This document shows, one piece after another, positions 13,192-26,204 of a stretch of DNA of 64,000 nt. This DNA is from Eledone cirrhosa (Eukaryota), in assembly GCA_964016885.1 (NCBI GenBank), contig OZ024742.1, positions 252,960,001 to 253,024,000 of the forward strand, written 5' to 3'. The translations under genes and the position numbers were made by a program. Position 1 is the stretch's first letter; each line of letters starts with the position of its first letter. Under the pieces are notes generated by a model that saw nothing but the letters and a program-made list of their open reading frames with translations, was not told the origin of the DNA and did not search any database.

Positions 13192-16100
13192 GTGCTTACC
13201 ACCCAATCTTACATTAAAAGTGTTCACAATTAACTATTTTTTGCACATATTATCAATGAAGACTTTGAAACCTGTTGAAAATGACTAGCTTTGTAGAAAA
13301 AAGAGGGCGGAAAGTGGGTGGAAATACCATTCACAAAGCTTGTCATTTTTGATGATGATGGTAAAAGCATAGTCGGCTGTGAGCATGTTGGAGGTTGGAA
13401 AACCATACCACATTAAACTACATCAAACTACACCATACCAAACTACACCATACTACATCACACCATGCTATTAATCTCAGTGAGAACATTTTCCTACCTG
13501 TTTTTTTTTTCTGTGTGTGTGCTTACCACCCAATCTGATATCAAAGGTGCTGACAAATGACTATTTTTTTTACACATTATCAATGGATATAACATGGAAA
13601 CCTATCATTTGCAATAGGCTCCCATGTCATAACTACAACAATCCAAACCACACCATAACAAACTACACCATTCTACATCACACTATCCTTTTGATCTAAG
13701 TATGAAAAATTTTCTTCTTGTTTCTTTTTTTTTTTTTGTGTGTTCTTACCACCCAATCTGACATCAAAGGTGCTGCAATTGACAATTTTTCGCACATTAC
13801 CAATAATTATGACATGGAAAACTGTCGAAAATGACTAGCTTTGTAGAAAAAAGAGGGAGGATGTGTGTGGAAATACCATTTACAAAGCTAGTCATTTTTT
13901 ATTGCAGCGGAAGTCATATTTTTTGTTAATATGCTAAAAGCATAGTCCACTGCAAGCATATTGTTAAGTTGATAGCACATGCAAAAATGAAGGAAAAAAT
14001 TTGTTTTCTGACATAAATCAAAGTGGAAATTTAAATCCTCACTTATAACAAAGCACACCACAGCACATTAATCTACCCCAATCCACACCATATACTTCAC
14101 CATAACCATACTTCACTATATGGTAAATTTATTACAGAACACCTACTCCTACCAGTTACATCACACCATCGTATGGACATCAATGTGACAAATTTGCTAC
14201 TTGCCTTTTTTTTTTTTTTTTGAGGTTACCAGCTCAAACTAACATCAAAGGTGCTACCTGCTTTTCTTTTGTGTGGTTACCACCTCAAGCTAACATCAAA
14301 GGTGCTTGCAAATGACTATTTTCCCACACATTATCAATGAATATGACATGGGATCTATCGTTTACAATTGGTTTCCATTTCATAACTTCACCAAACCAAA
14401 CCACACCATACAAAGTTACACCATACTACATCACACCAAGCTATTGATCTCCGTGTGAAACATTTTTTTCCCGTTTCCTTTTTTTTTCTGTGCGCTTACT
14501 ACCCAATCTGACATTAAAGGTGCTCCCAATTTACTTTTCTTTTTCACATATCAATAATTATGACATGGAAACCTGTCGAAAATGAATATCTTTGTAGAAA
14601 CCTCACCAAACCACACCATACTACATCCCAACAAGCTATTGATTTTGGTGTGACAAATTTTCATTTGGCATTTTTTTTTTTTTTTTTTGTGTTTACCACA
14701 CAATTTGACATAAATGGTGCTCGCAAATTAATATTTTATGCACATATTATCAATGGTTATGACATGGAAACCTGATGAAAATGACTAGCTTTGTAGAAAA
14801 AAAGAGGGAGGATGTCGGTGGAAATACCATTTACAAAGCTAGCCATTTTTTATTGCAGCGGAACTCATATTTTTTGTTAATATGCTAAAAGCATAGTCCA
14901 CTGCGAGCTTCTTGGAAGTTGATAGCACATGCAAAAATGAAGGAAAAATTTTTTTTGTAACATAAATCAAAGTGGAAATTTAAATCCTCACAAAGAAACA
15001 CCACAGCACATTAATCTACCCAAATCCACACCATATACTTCACAATAACCATACTTCACTATATGGTAAATTTATTACGAACACCTACTCCTACCATTTA
15101 CATCACACCATGTTATGGATATCAATGTGACAAATTTCCCACCTGCTTCTTTTTTTTGTGGTTACCACCTCAAACTAACATCAAAGGTGCTTGAAATGAC
15201 TATTTTCCCACACATTATCAATGAATATGACATGGGAATCTATCGTTTACAATTGGTTTCCATTTCATAACTTCACCAAACCAAACCAAACCACACCATA
15301 CCAAGTTACACCATACTACAACACACCAAGCTATTGATCTTGGTTTGAAAAATTTTCTTCCCGTTTCCTTTTTTTTTTTGTGTGTGTGCTTACCACCCAA
15401 TCTGACATTAAAGGTGTTCCCAATTGACTATTTTTTTTCCACTTATCAATAATTATGTCATGGAAACCTGCCGAAAATGACTATCTTCATAGAAACTTCA
15501 ACAAACCACCCATACTACATCACACCAAGCTATTAATTTTTGTGTGAAAAATTTTCCTTTGGAATTTATATTTTTTTTATTTTGTGTGCTTACCACCCAA
15601 TTTGACATAAATGGTGCTCGCAAATTACTATTTTATGCACATATTATCAATGGTTATGACATGGAAACCTGATGAAAATGACTAACTTTGTAGAAAAAAG
15701 AGGTAGGATGTGGGGGGGAAATACGATTTACAAAGCTAGCCATTTTTTATTGCAGTGGAACTCATATTTTTTGTTAATATGCTAAAAGCATAGTCCATTG
15801 CGAGCTTCTTGGAAGTTGATAGCACATGCAAAAATGAAGGAAAAATTTTTTTTGTAACATAAATCAAAGTGGAAATTTAAATCCTCACTTATAACAAAGC
15901 ACACCACAGCACATTAATCTACCCCAATCCACACCATATACTTCACCATAACCATACTTCACTATATGGTAAATTTATTACAGAACACCTACTCCTACCA
16001 TTTACATCACACCAATGCTCGCAGTTGACTATTTTTTTCACATATTATGAATGAATATAACTTTGAAACCTATTGTCAATGATTAGCTTTGTAGAAAAAT

Positions 16101-16240
16101 GAAGGCAGAAAGTGGGTGGAAAAACCATTCACAAAGCTAGTCATTTTTAATTGCAGTGGAAATCATATTTGTTGTTAATATGCTAAAAAAATAGTCAATT
16201 GCAAGAATTTTGGAGGTCAGATTAGTTGATAGGACATAAA
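12950..16240. repeat. Tandem macro-repeat, ~0.9-0.95 kb unit, built from ~170-bp subunits
   Basis: The landmark attgcag(c/t)ggaa.tcatatt recurs near 13900, 14851, 15749 and 16150 (partial). Subunits carry gtgcttaccacccaatctgacat. Confidence 0.85.
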
Positions 16241-16370
16241 AAAACAAAGGAAAACAAATATTGTCTATATGTTCCTGTGGAAATCGGGTCTTCTGTATTA
16301 CTGTTTGACGCCAGAGGTCATGGTCGTGTGCCATTGCCCTTGAGAGGTGCAATTGGGAAAGGTCGGCTTA

Positions 16371-16942
16371 GAAATATTTACTTCTGCGTTCACAGACTGA
16401 TTTTTTTTAGTTTCAGAAGATTCCATTAAGGGTGAAAGCAGCTGATTCTTTGCTTAAACTTTAATCTGTTATTTTAATAAATATTTGCCCTATGGTTCTT
16501 ATATATTTTATATATATTTATTCTTATCGAGCCCTCTTTGGATGTTAGTCTTAAAATTTATTATTATTACTATTTGGCTCCCTTGATTGAGTACTCTATT
16601 GACTTATATTCATCATGCAGAAACAACATCTGAATATTTCTACAAAGAACATACCCATACCAAGCAGGAAGAAATACCTAAAACTACGTCTCCATGAACC
16701 AAAGTATCACCTTCCTGTCTTCCTTCGGTTGCAACGTTTTTCGAAATATTTACTTCTGCGTTCACAGATTGATTTTTTTTTAGTTTCAGAAGATCCCATT
16801 AAGGGTGAAAGCAGCCGATTCTTTGCTTAAACTTTAATCTGTTATTTTAATAAATATTTGCTCTACGGTTCTTATATAATTGATATATATTTATCTCTAT
16901 CGAGCCCTCTTTGGATTTTAGTCTTCATATGTATTATTATTA

Positions 16943-16945
<3 letters not shown>
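16371..16945 (+). mobile_element. Internally deleted Penelope-like element: direct repeat, ORF start, direct repeat
   Basis: ~200-bp direct repeats (16371-16575, 16744-16945) flank MQKQHLNISTKNIPIPSRKKYLK, which resembles the N-terminus of invertebrate PLE ORFs. Each repeat holds a degenerate hammerhead-like CAGAAGA...GAAA. Confidence 0.6.
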
Positions 16946-17011
<66 letters not shown>

Positions 17012-17072
17012 TGTGTATATATATTAGTTTATATATATGTGTGTATATATATATATATATATAGAAGGGTAT

Positions 17073-17115
17073 ACGGTGCTGATGATAGCTAACAAGCTTG
17101 AAACTAGTACATCGT
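17073..17115 (+). ncRNA. Minimal type I hammerhead ribozyme, copy 1
   Basis: acggtg-CTGATGA-t agct aaca agct t-GAAA-CTAG-TA-catcgt: canonical core, palindromic ACTAGT stem III, predicted GUA cut after 17109. Confidence 0.85.
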
Positions 17116-17282
17116 TCCTGCGTCAGTGTTGAACAAAAAGGTGACGTGGTTGCCTTAACACCGTACGGCATAAAATTCAGGCTGTTCAGTTTGTTTACAA
17201 ACGAACAAAGCGGCGTTATAATAAGCGTCCGCTAAACTGATACGTGCATATATGTATGTGTACCTGTATGTATATATGTATG

Positions 17283-17402
<120 letters not shown>

Positions 17403-17638
17403 TGCTACTGTACGTCTGTATACATATATGTATGTACGTATACACACATACTTACATTTAAGTAAGTGCCGTACTAAGAGTGAGAAATGGAATTTCGTTT
17501 TCATTTTATTTCAACTTATCGTTTTCGGTATGCCTGACCGACTTGACTCACTCGATATGCAAATTAGGCTGCTCAGCCGTTAATTTTCATAAGGAAAGTA
17601 TATACTTTCGAACGTTCAACTATCTGGCAGAAGGGTAT

Positions 17639-17681
17639 ACGGTGCTGATGATAGCTAAAAAGCTTGAAACTAGTACATCGT
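17639..17681 (+). ncRNA. Minimal type I hammerhead ribozyme, copy 2
   Basis: Identical to copy 1 except the stem II loop (aaaa); predicted cut after 17675. Confidence 0.85.
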
Positions 17682-17838
17682 TCCTGTGTCAGTGTTGAAC
17701 AAAAAGGTGATGTGGTTGCCTTAACACCGTACGGCATAAAATTCAGGCTGTTCAGTTTGTTTACAAACGAACAAAGCGGCGTTATAATAAGCGTCCGCTA
17801 AACTGATACGTGCATATATGTATGTGTACCTGTATGTA

Positions 17839-17922
<84 letters not shown>

Positions 17923-18013
17923 TGCTACTGTACGTCTGTATACATATATGTATGTACGTATACACACATACTTACATATATATATATATATATATATACA
18001 CATACATACATAT

Positions 18014-18378
18014 TGAGAGCATTGGCCTTGCAATCAAAAGGTTGTGAGTTCAATTCTCACACCGGGTGATGTGTTGTTTCCTTGAGCAAGACACTTTATT
18101 TCACATTGCTCCAGTTTACTCAGCTGTAGAAGTGAGATGATAGGACTGGGGTCCCTATCATTCCACTGCAAAGTGGTCGTGGAGGTGCCACCGCAGAAAA
18201 GCACCCAGCCCACATTGTAAAGTGGATGTGGAGGTGCCACGGGCAAAAACCATCCAGCAGTCACTGTAAATGAGGTTGGTGTTTGGAAGGGCATCCAGCT
18301 GTAGAAATCAAGCCAGAATCAGTTGCCGTCCCACCCTTGCAAGCAGGGAAAAAGTGGACGTAAATTGAAATGATGATG
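18014..18378 (+). mobile_element. tRNA-headed CORE-type SINE with an RTE-shared 3' tail
   Basis: tRNA-like head, CORE-like ccttgagcaagacacttt...cagtttactcagctgta, then ggaagggcatccagctgtagaaa and a (GAT)n end. Confidence 0.7.
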
Positions 18379-18379
18379 A

Positions 18380-18712
18380 ATGCTCCCAGCTGTGGTCACC
18401 CCATAGTATAAAACTAACCATGGAGCTTGAAGCAATCCAATGAAGCTACACCAAGAAGGTTGCCACAATGAAGGAGATAAACTACTGGGAGAGTCTAAAA
18501 GAACAGAAATTCTACTCCTCGGAATGAAGACGGGAGAGATATGCAATGATATACATTTGGAAAATCCTGGGGGGACTAAGACCAAACTTTTGCATTGAGA
18601 GCTGGACCAATTCTCGAACAGGACGTCACTGTGTGGTACCAAAGGTCCCGTAATCCACATTTAGAATCAAGAGCAGCTATTGCAATAGCCTGGGGTTCAA
18701 AGGCCCTCAACT
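18380..18712 (+). mobile_element. CR1-group LINE fragment
   Basis: Degenerate homologue of the 21402-22050 element. Confidence 0.7.
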
Positions 18713-18787
18713 TGGTTTTCAAAATTTAAATTTGTGTTTCCTATCCATCAATGCTTCAAGCAAGCTATAAAACTCTGTTATATTACA

Positions 18788-19165
18788 TCATCATCATTTT
18801 ATGTCAGTTATTCTACATCAGCATGGGTTGTCATGTTGAGGGAAGTGTCCGGTCGGCTGACCATGTCTTGCTCATACGGGAACTGATTCTGTCTTGATTT
18901 CTACAGCTGGATGCCCTTCCTAACACCAACCTCATTTACAGTGAGTGCTGGGTGTTTTTTTTTTTGCCGTGGCACCTCCACGACCACTTTGCAGTGGAAT
19001 GATAGGGACCCCAGTCCTATCATCTCATTTCTACAGCTGAGTAAACTGGAGCAATGTGAAATAAAGTGTCTTGCTCAAGGAAACAACACATCATCCGGTC
19101 CGAGAATTAACTCACAACCTTTCAATTGCAAGCCCAATGCTCTAACCACTGAGCCATGTGCCTTC
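18788..19165 (-). mobile_element. CORE-type SINE, same family as 18014-18378
   Basis: Reverse complement with A-box-like ggctcagtggttagagc, CORE segment and shared tail. Confidence 0.7.
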
Positions 19166-19189
19166 TATTGTTGGCAATGTTAGGTCAGG

Positions 19190-20150
19190 TGACCATGTCT
19201 TGCTCATAAAGAACTGATTTTGGCTTGGTTTCTACAGCTGGATGCCCTTCCTAATGCCAAGCTCATTTACAGTGAGTACTGGGTGTTTTTTGTTGTGATT
19301 CCTCTGTGACTACTTTACAGTGTGGACTGGGTGTTTTTTACCGTGTCACCATCACGACCACTTTACAGTGTTTCGGCCTGTTCTCATGAAAGATATATTG
19401 GCGAGTGGGATGGAGTGGTGCATAGTGTATGTATGTTTCAGCCTTGGCCCGGGCCCCTGGGAAGTTGGGGTTTCTGTATTACCTCATAACGCCAAAGATC
19501 TTGGTCCTGTGTCATTTCCTTTCAGAGGTGCAATTGGGCAAGGTCGGCTTTTATCACTTCATCTCAAGTCTTTCTGGAACTTTATGTAGCTGTCATCCTT
19601 CATACGAATCACATGTCCATACCAACATAATCTCCTCTCCTGCACACAACATTTGATTCCTCTTATGCCTAGTTTCTCTTTCAGTTTGTTTATGCTTTGC
19701 TGTTCGCGTATATTACTATTACACATCCATCGGAGCATACAAGCTTCATTCCTTTCTAATCTACGCAAGTCTTCTACACACAGCGCCCAGCTCTCACTAC
19801 CATGCAACATTGCCGTTCATATGCACACATCATACAGTCTACCTTTTATTCTGAGGGAAAAGCCTTTTGTATCCAGCTGTGGCAGTAGCTCCCTCAACTT
19901 CTTCCCTCCCGTTCTTTCAGAACACCCCCCTCCGCTGCTAATTCGGTATTGTTTTTACCAAGTCCTCCCAGACTTTGATGTCATTTGTTTTCAGTGATTG
20001 TTTGCTGCTTACTGTCCTGGTGCAACTGCTACATGTAAAGCCTACATTCTTAACTAAACTTCCTGAGATCCCACTACATCTCTTGTGTACCCGTAGTTTG
20101 CATATGGGGCAGAGGATAGAGTTTCTACCTACACCTCTCCTACATAATGA
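19190..20150 (-). mobile_element. PHD-bearing RTE LINE, degenerate 3' fragment
   Basis: CSLCRRGVGRNSILCPICKLRVHKRC...CSSC and LHGSESWAL...ERRLCWYGHV, followed by the family 3' UTR. Confidence 0.85.
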
Positions 20151-20195
20151 GCACACACACACACATATACACACACTCACATATAAATATATATA

Positions 20196-21010
20196 TACTA
20201 GCTGAATTACCAGCGCCTTGCTGCGTTTTACACATTTTTTTTTGTAAGAAAATGATGATTGATTTTAAATTTATGGAGCAAAGCTCAATATTACTCAATG
20301 TAAAATATAATGCATGAAAAATTGGAAAACATCATTTTTTGTAATATATCAAATCAAAATTGCAATATTAAATCTTATTCTTATTTTGTTTCTTGTAAAT
20401 AATTTTTTTCAAAATATCAATTGAAAATTTTGTTAATAGGCATCATATCTTGTCATTTACCTATGGTTTAAGTTTCATATAAATCAAAAGGGAAAAGTTT
20501 TCAGCGGGGGTTTGTACCCCCGGGGAACCTTAATTAAGGTGTCTTATAGTATTGAAATTTTGTGAATAGGCATCATATCTCTTCATTTATCTATGGTTTA
20601 AATTGCATATAAATCGAACCGAAAACATTTTTAGCGGGGATTTTGTGCCCCCTGGTGAACCCTAATAGGGGGTTTAACCCCCATTAGGGTATTGTAATTT
20701 TATTGTAATTTGCTGAAATTTTGTGAATAGGCATCATATCTTGTCATTTACCTATGGTTTAAATTTCATATAAATCGAAGGTAAAGTTTCAGCGGCGGTT
20801 TTGTGCCCCCGATGAACCCTTTGATTAAAATGAAATATACTTATACAAGTACCCTGGGCAATGTAGTTTCAGAATATATATGGTTATGGGGGTCTATCTC
20901 CAAAACCATAGGAGGAGTTTGTAAAATCTTGTTCCATTTATTGGCCAAACTTTTCACTATAGGGCGTTTAACCCCCATTAGGGTGTCTTAATATTATTGA
21001 AATTTGCACA
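20196..21010 (+). mobile_element. Probable non-autonomous Helitron/Helentron-like element with internal tandem repeats
   Basis: Starts tactagctgaattaccagcgccttgctgcg. Contains three copies of aaattttg.gaataggcatcatatct..tcattta.ctatggttta. Family assignment is by resemblance only. Confidence 0.5.
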
Positions 21011-21018
21011 CATACACA

Positions 21019-21062
<44 letters not shown>

Positions 21063-21299
21063 CCAAACACACACACACATATATATACATACACAAACAC
21101 ACACACACATACACAAACACACACACACACATATTTATATCTTTTAGCAGAACATTTTAATATTGCCACTCAATGAAAACCCTTTGTTTGTTTGGAATAA
21201 ATGAATCTTGAAAATTAGGAGTGCCTGTCAGTGTGTTTGTGTTTGTCTACTTAGCATCAATTTACTACCCTCCCCTACCACCAGAAAATGTATAAATAC

Positions 21300-21376
21300 C
21301 ACCATATTACATTGACAGTCGGCTTTTCTGATGATTTCCTCCGAATGAAACAGTTCTAGTCCTGTTGAAGCCATTT
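21300..21376 (-). other. Candidate exon of the divergent gene (MASTGLELFHSEEIIRKADCQCNMV)
   Basis: Unique sequence bounded by tttaatatag|aaATG and GTG|gtattt. No homology recognised. Confidence 0.25.
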
Positions 21377-21401
21377 CTATATTAAATATATATATATATA
21401 C

Positions 21402-22050
21402 TCTTTTAGTTGTTCCAGCCATCCGGCTGAGACCATGATTGGGTACTGCCCTTGTTGCTACACATTCTATCTCCAGCCTGTGTTGGCTGGCCATTGATGT
21501 AAGAGGGAGTTCGTTACTGCTGCCCTTAGGTTACCTTCGTACCATGATGTGGGCTCATCCGGGATCCTGGATAACAGGGTGTCGAGAAGTTTCTTGAAAA
21601 TATCCACGGCCACACCATGTAGATCTCTCAAATCCCTCGGCAGTTTGTTGAAGAGTTGAGGGCCTTTGAACCCCAGTCTATTGCAATATCTGCTTCTTGT
21701 TCTAGATGTGGAATATGGGACCTTTGTCACCACACAGTGACGTCCTGTTCGGGGGTTGGTCCCGCTCTCAATACCAAAATTTGGCGCTAGTCCCTCCAGG
21801 ATTTTCCATATGTATATCACTGCGTATCTCTCCCGTCTTCGTTCCAAGGAGTAGAGTTTCAGTTCTTTTAGGCTCTCCCAGTAGCTCATCTCCTTCATCG
21901 TGCAATCCTCTTGGTGTAGCTTCGTTGGATTGTCTCAAGTTCCGTGGTTAGTTTGATACTATGGGGTGACCACAGCTGGGAGCAATAGTCCAGGTGGCTT
22001 AGGACAAATGGCCTTCATAGTATCAACATGGTCTCCCGGTCTCTTATATA
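21402..22050 (-). mobile_element. CR1-group LINE 3' end
   Basis: LDYCSQLWSP and SYWESLKELKLYSLERRRERY...GPQLFNKLP...FKKLLD. Confidence 0.85.
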
Positions 22051-22289
22051 GAAAACCTCAAATAAAAAGTCAAGATTTATTTTGATTTAACAGAGCAGAA
22101 AGAATTCGCGTCAGAATATTCCAACCAATCCAGCCTATATCAGCTGAATAAATATGTATATGGAGATATATATATACACACCCACATGCATATATATATA
22201 TATATATATACACACACGCACGCACACACACATATATATACACACACACACTCAAACACACACACATACATACACGCATGCATGCATAC

Positions 22290-22908
22290 ACGATGGCTGC
22301 CCCCTCATTATCGAGTATGGTCATTGCACGATATACCATTATTAATAATTATTAATTAATTCTATCGTGCAATGCCTGTGCATGAAGATTTTTTTTAAAT
22401 GAGGAAAGACTGTGCACTGAGCCAATCCCACTCTCTGAGCGAAAGTAGCTATAACCCGAAAAGAAGAAAATATCAAAATCATCGGTAACTACTGAGCCGC
22501 AGGTTTTATATCGGAGTTATCCCAGTTTCCTGCGTTACCTTCTCCTAGAAGAATGCCCTGACAAAGGCTAGGGGTCCTTCACTCCCAGTGGTTTAACCGC
22601 GCGATCAGGTGTCCAGCCCGATTATTTCTTTGTCCCCGTGCATGTACATACACATGCACCCATGTATATATACATATACATACATATGTACATGTGTATA
22701 TACATATTTACACACTTTTGGATGGCCGTTGACTCTTATGAGATCTTCCGCCCTTTGTCAGGTTTTGTTTTTTGTCCTGCAGGGTGTCCAAAATCACCCT
22801 CCTCACCAAGTAAACTTGGTGGGGTTGCCGGTTTAGTCGCCGACGACTCGACCATGCGACAAGTTGTACTGAGTTACATGTTACCAATAGCACTCAAGAG
22901 TGACCCGA
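22290..22908 (-). mobile_element. Non-autonomous bipartite RTE derivative (5' UTR-like body plus RTE 3' tail)
   Basis: The tail matches 4350-4392. The body carries the RTE 5'-UTR-like ctaggagaagg...aaaacct. No ORF. Confidence 0.55.
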
Positions 22909-22989
22909 CATACATACATACATACATACATACATACATACATACATACATACATACATACATACATACATACATACATACATACATAC

Positions 22990-25470
22990 TACATGATGGC
23001 TGCAAACTCGTGTTCAAGTATTGCCATCGCCCGATAAAATGTTAAAAAATGTAAAGCACAAATGTGACTCTTTAAACCAGCCAAATACTTGCACCCTCTG
23101 GCACACACACGCGGCAACTTTAGGCTCCCCCGAAACCTTCTATTGCTTTGTTCTGGCTGTATGTTCACATGTATCTTTTAAGACCTCCCATGCTTGTACA
23201 TTTCTTACACCTTTTCAGATCATAATCTACATGAGGTCTACTGATATGTCTAATCAAACCAGCTTTGCTCAGGCTGACTAGACCACAGTGCTGGCAAACC
23301 AGATGATGTTCAACAGCAGGCAGTTCAGAACAGTCTCAATCCTCACCTTCCTTTTCAGTGTTAGGTGTTCTCTCCGACGAGTTTCAAAGTGTTCACCACC
23401 TGACTTGATCAAACGTCTCCACTTCACACGCTCGTCAGCCATTTTCTCACATTCGTCAGATGAAATTCCAGCACAAGCCAAGGTGCCTCTGATACAGTCC
23501 CGGTACCGCCTTTTTGGTTTATGTGGTGGTCGCCTTCCTTCACACAGTTCTCCATCATAGAGAAGTTGCTTTGGAATACGATTATCAGACATCCGGACCA
23601 CGTGATTGCACCACCTCAACCGATACCGAAAGATTATGCTCTCTATAGTCACGCACCTGCTCCGTTCTAGAACTTCCAAATCACTGGCGAACATTTTCCA
23701 CCACACCCCAAGTAACTTATGAAGAGATTGTTGGTGAAATCTCTCCAGATCCTTGAGGTGCTTTCTGTATGTGACCCACGTTTCACAAACATAAAGTAAA
23801 GAGGAGACGACACAAGTCAGATACACTTTCACCTTGGTTTCGATAGTGATACCTCGTCTGGACTATAAACGTTGATGCAGCCGTCCAAAAGCATCACTGG
23901 CTTTCTTGATTCTTAAGGATATTTCATTATCATGTGTGCATGAAGTGTGCAACGTACTACCAAGGTAAACAAACTTGTCAGCAACTTTTAGCCTCTTTCC
24001 GTACACGTACACACTTGGTGCAGTGTACTCGTTTCCAGGTACTGGCTGATACATCTCAACAGTCTTTTCCAAGCTTATTGTGACGCCCAAAGTGCTGCAA
24101 GCTGCAGAAAAAGAGTTCATAATATGCTGCATTTCACTTTGTGAGTGCAAAAAGATCGCACTCGTCTGCATACAAAAACTCTCGGATTATAGATGTTAAT
24201 ACCTTTGTGCTTATACCAAAGCGCCTGGTGTTGAACAATCTTCCTGAAGTGCGATACCTGATGTAAATCCCATGAGAACAATATTTGAATGCCATGAGAA
24301 ACACTATCGTAAAATATAAGGAAAACAGAGTTGGAGCCGGAATGTCCCCCTGCTTCACTCCATTTTCAACTGATATTGGTTCAGAGATGCTACCACCAAT
24401 ACTGACCAAAGCCTTCATGTCATCATGGAAAAGATGCAGAATCTTCTACCCTACCTTGGATTTTTTTCCCACAACGCAGTTTGATTGACAGTGTCAAAGG
24501 CCTTTGTCAAGTCAACAAAGACCTGGTAAAGGTCCATACATTGTTCGATACACTTTTCTTGCAGCTGCCGAGCAGAAACGATCATATCCACTGTTCCTCT
24601 TTCCTTTCTGAACCCACACTGCGACTCAGGCAACACACTCAGAGCAACTCTTGGGATCAATCTATCCATCAATATTCGACACGACTTTACCAACTACTGA
24701 AAGAAGGGATATGACATGATAATTGCCACATTTGTCCTTGCCGTCCTTTCCTTTATGGAGAATCACCATGAGCGCATCCTTCTTGTGGGACATTCTCATC
24801 TTCCCACACTATTTTCATGAGGTCAGTCAGGCGCTGCGTGCAGTTTTCACCACCACACTTCAAAACCGCTCCACTCAGACCATCCATACCAGGAGACTTA
24901 CCACAGTTCAACTTATGTACAACAGAAGTCCCCTCTGCAAGAGAAGATACATTAGCCATCTCATATGCTTCACTGGTTCAATAGGAATGGAACAAATGAA
25001 ATCATCATCAACCTGAGATGGCTGGTTTAAGAGCTCATCAAAGTGATCTCTCTATCTGTCGAGTGTCTTTTGGGTCGCGCAGTAATTGCTTGCCATCTTT
25101 CGATCTCAAAGGGGCCACTGGAGAGCTGAAAGGGCCATACATCTCTGTAAGTAGAAAGTGCGGCAGTTTCACATTGTTGCCGTCAGATGCCACTTGAACT
25201 TCATCTGCTTTGTTGCTCCACCAGGTATTTTGCATAGCCCTGAGTTTCACCTGAACTTCCTTCTTTACCTGTCTGTAACGCTTATAATTGTCACCAACAG
25301 AGCTACCACCTTTAAGAACTGCATCAAGTGCCTTTTGTTTTCTGTCTAGCAGAGCCTTGACCTCCTGGTCATTCTCATCAAACCAGTCCTTGTTTTCTTG
25401 TGAAAAAGCCAAGGACCTCTGCTGAAGCCTCATAGACCGAGCTCTTGAACTCCTTCCAGTTGTTCTCATA
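22990..25470 (-). mobile_element. BovB-like RTE LINE, degenerate
   Basis: Frameshifted segments homologous to 966-4110 (QCGFRKERGT, FVDLTKAFD, GVKQGDIPAPTLF, YADE, FVYLGS), ending in the same tail plus (ATGT)n. Confidence 0.9.
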
Positions 25471-26204
25471 CACGCATACATACTTACATATATACATGTA
25501 TACATACATACACACATCCATCCATCCATCCATCCATACGTGTATACATACATACATACAATGGTTAAAGTGTTTGACTGACGACCATAAGTTCATGGAT
25601 TCATATTTGGGACCGGGTAGTTATTGAATCAACTTGATATCAATGTTTATTATACAGCACACTTCCTCTTTGGTATAATATGACACATAGTAATATCTAA
25701 CATAGTACCCATCTAATCTGTTATAATATGATTTACCTTTCCTCTGTGAAGGCACATGCCTTAGGGGTTACGGTACTGGACTAACCATTATAAAGTCATG
25801 GGCTCGTTTCTTCGATCCTGCAGCATGTTGCGTCCTTCAGTAAAATACTTTAGTTCGTGTAGCATCTGCTACCAGGACTTGCGGCACACAGGTAATATCA
25901 GTAATGGAAAAAACCTTGTTTCATTAGTATGACCTGGAAATCAGTTCCACTCTGTTTATCTTCTTTATTAAAGGCAATCAAATTATTTTTTATTTTATTC
26001 TTTTTCTTATTTTTCCATGTTTGTTAAATAAATTCCAAAAAATCGAACTAAATTGAAATTTTGTAATAAAATTTCCATAAAAGTTAATGTTTACAATACA
26101 ATAAAATGTAATAAAATGTATTGAAGTCGACGAAATGTGGACCTTCATTTTTGAAAGATGGATAATGCTATAAGCAGACCTTACAATATTGTACCACAAT
26201 TTTC

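Noticed and set aside
17112-17135. Iron-responsive element (C-N5-CAGTGT)
   Set aside because: The five bases before the loop do not pair with those after it, and the sequence is part of the hammerhead repeat.
17480-17698. 72-aa ORF resembling a helix-turn-helix
   Set aside because: The resembling segment is the hammerhead sequence read in frame; there is no transposase context.
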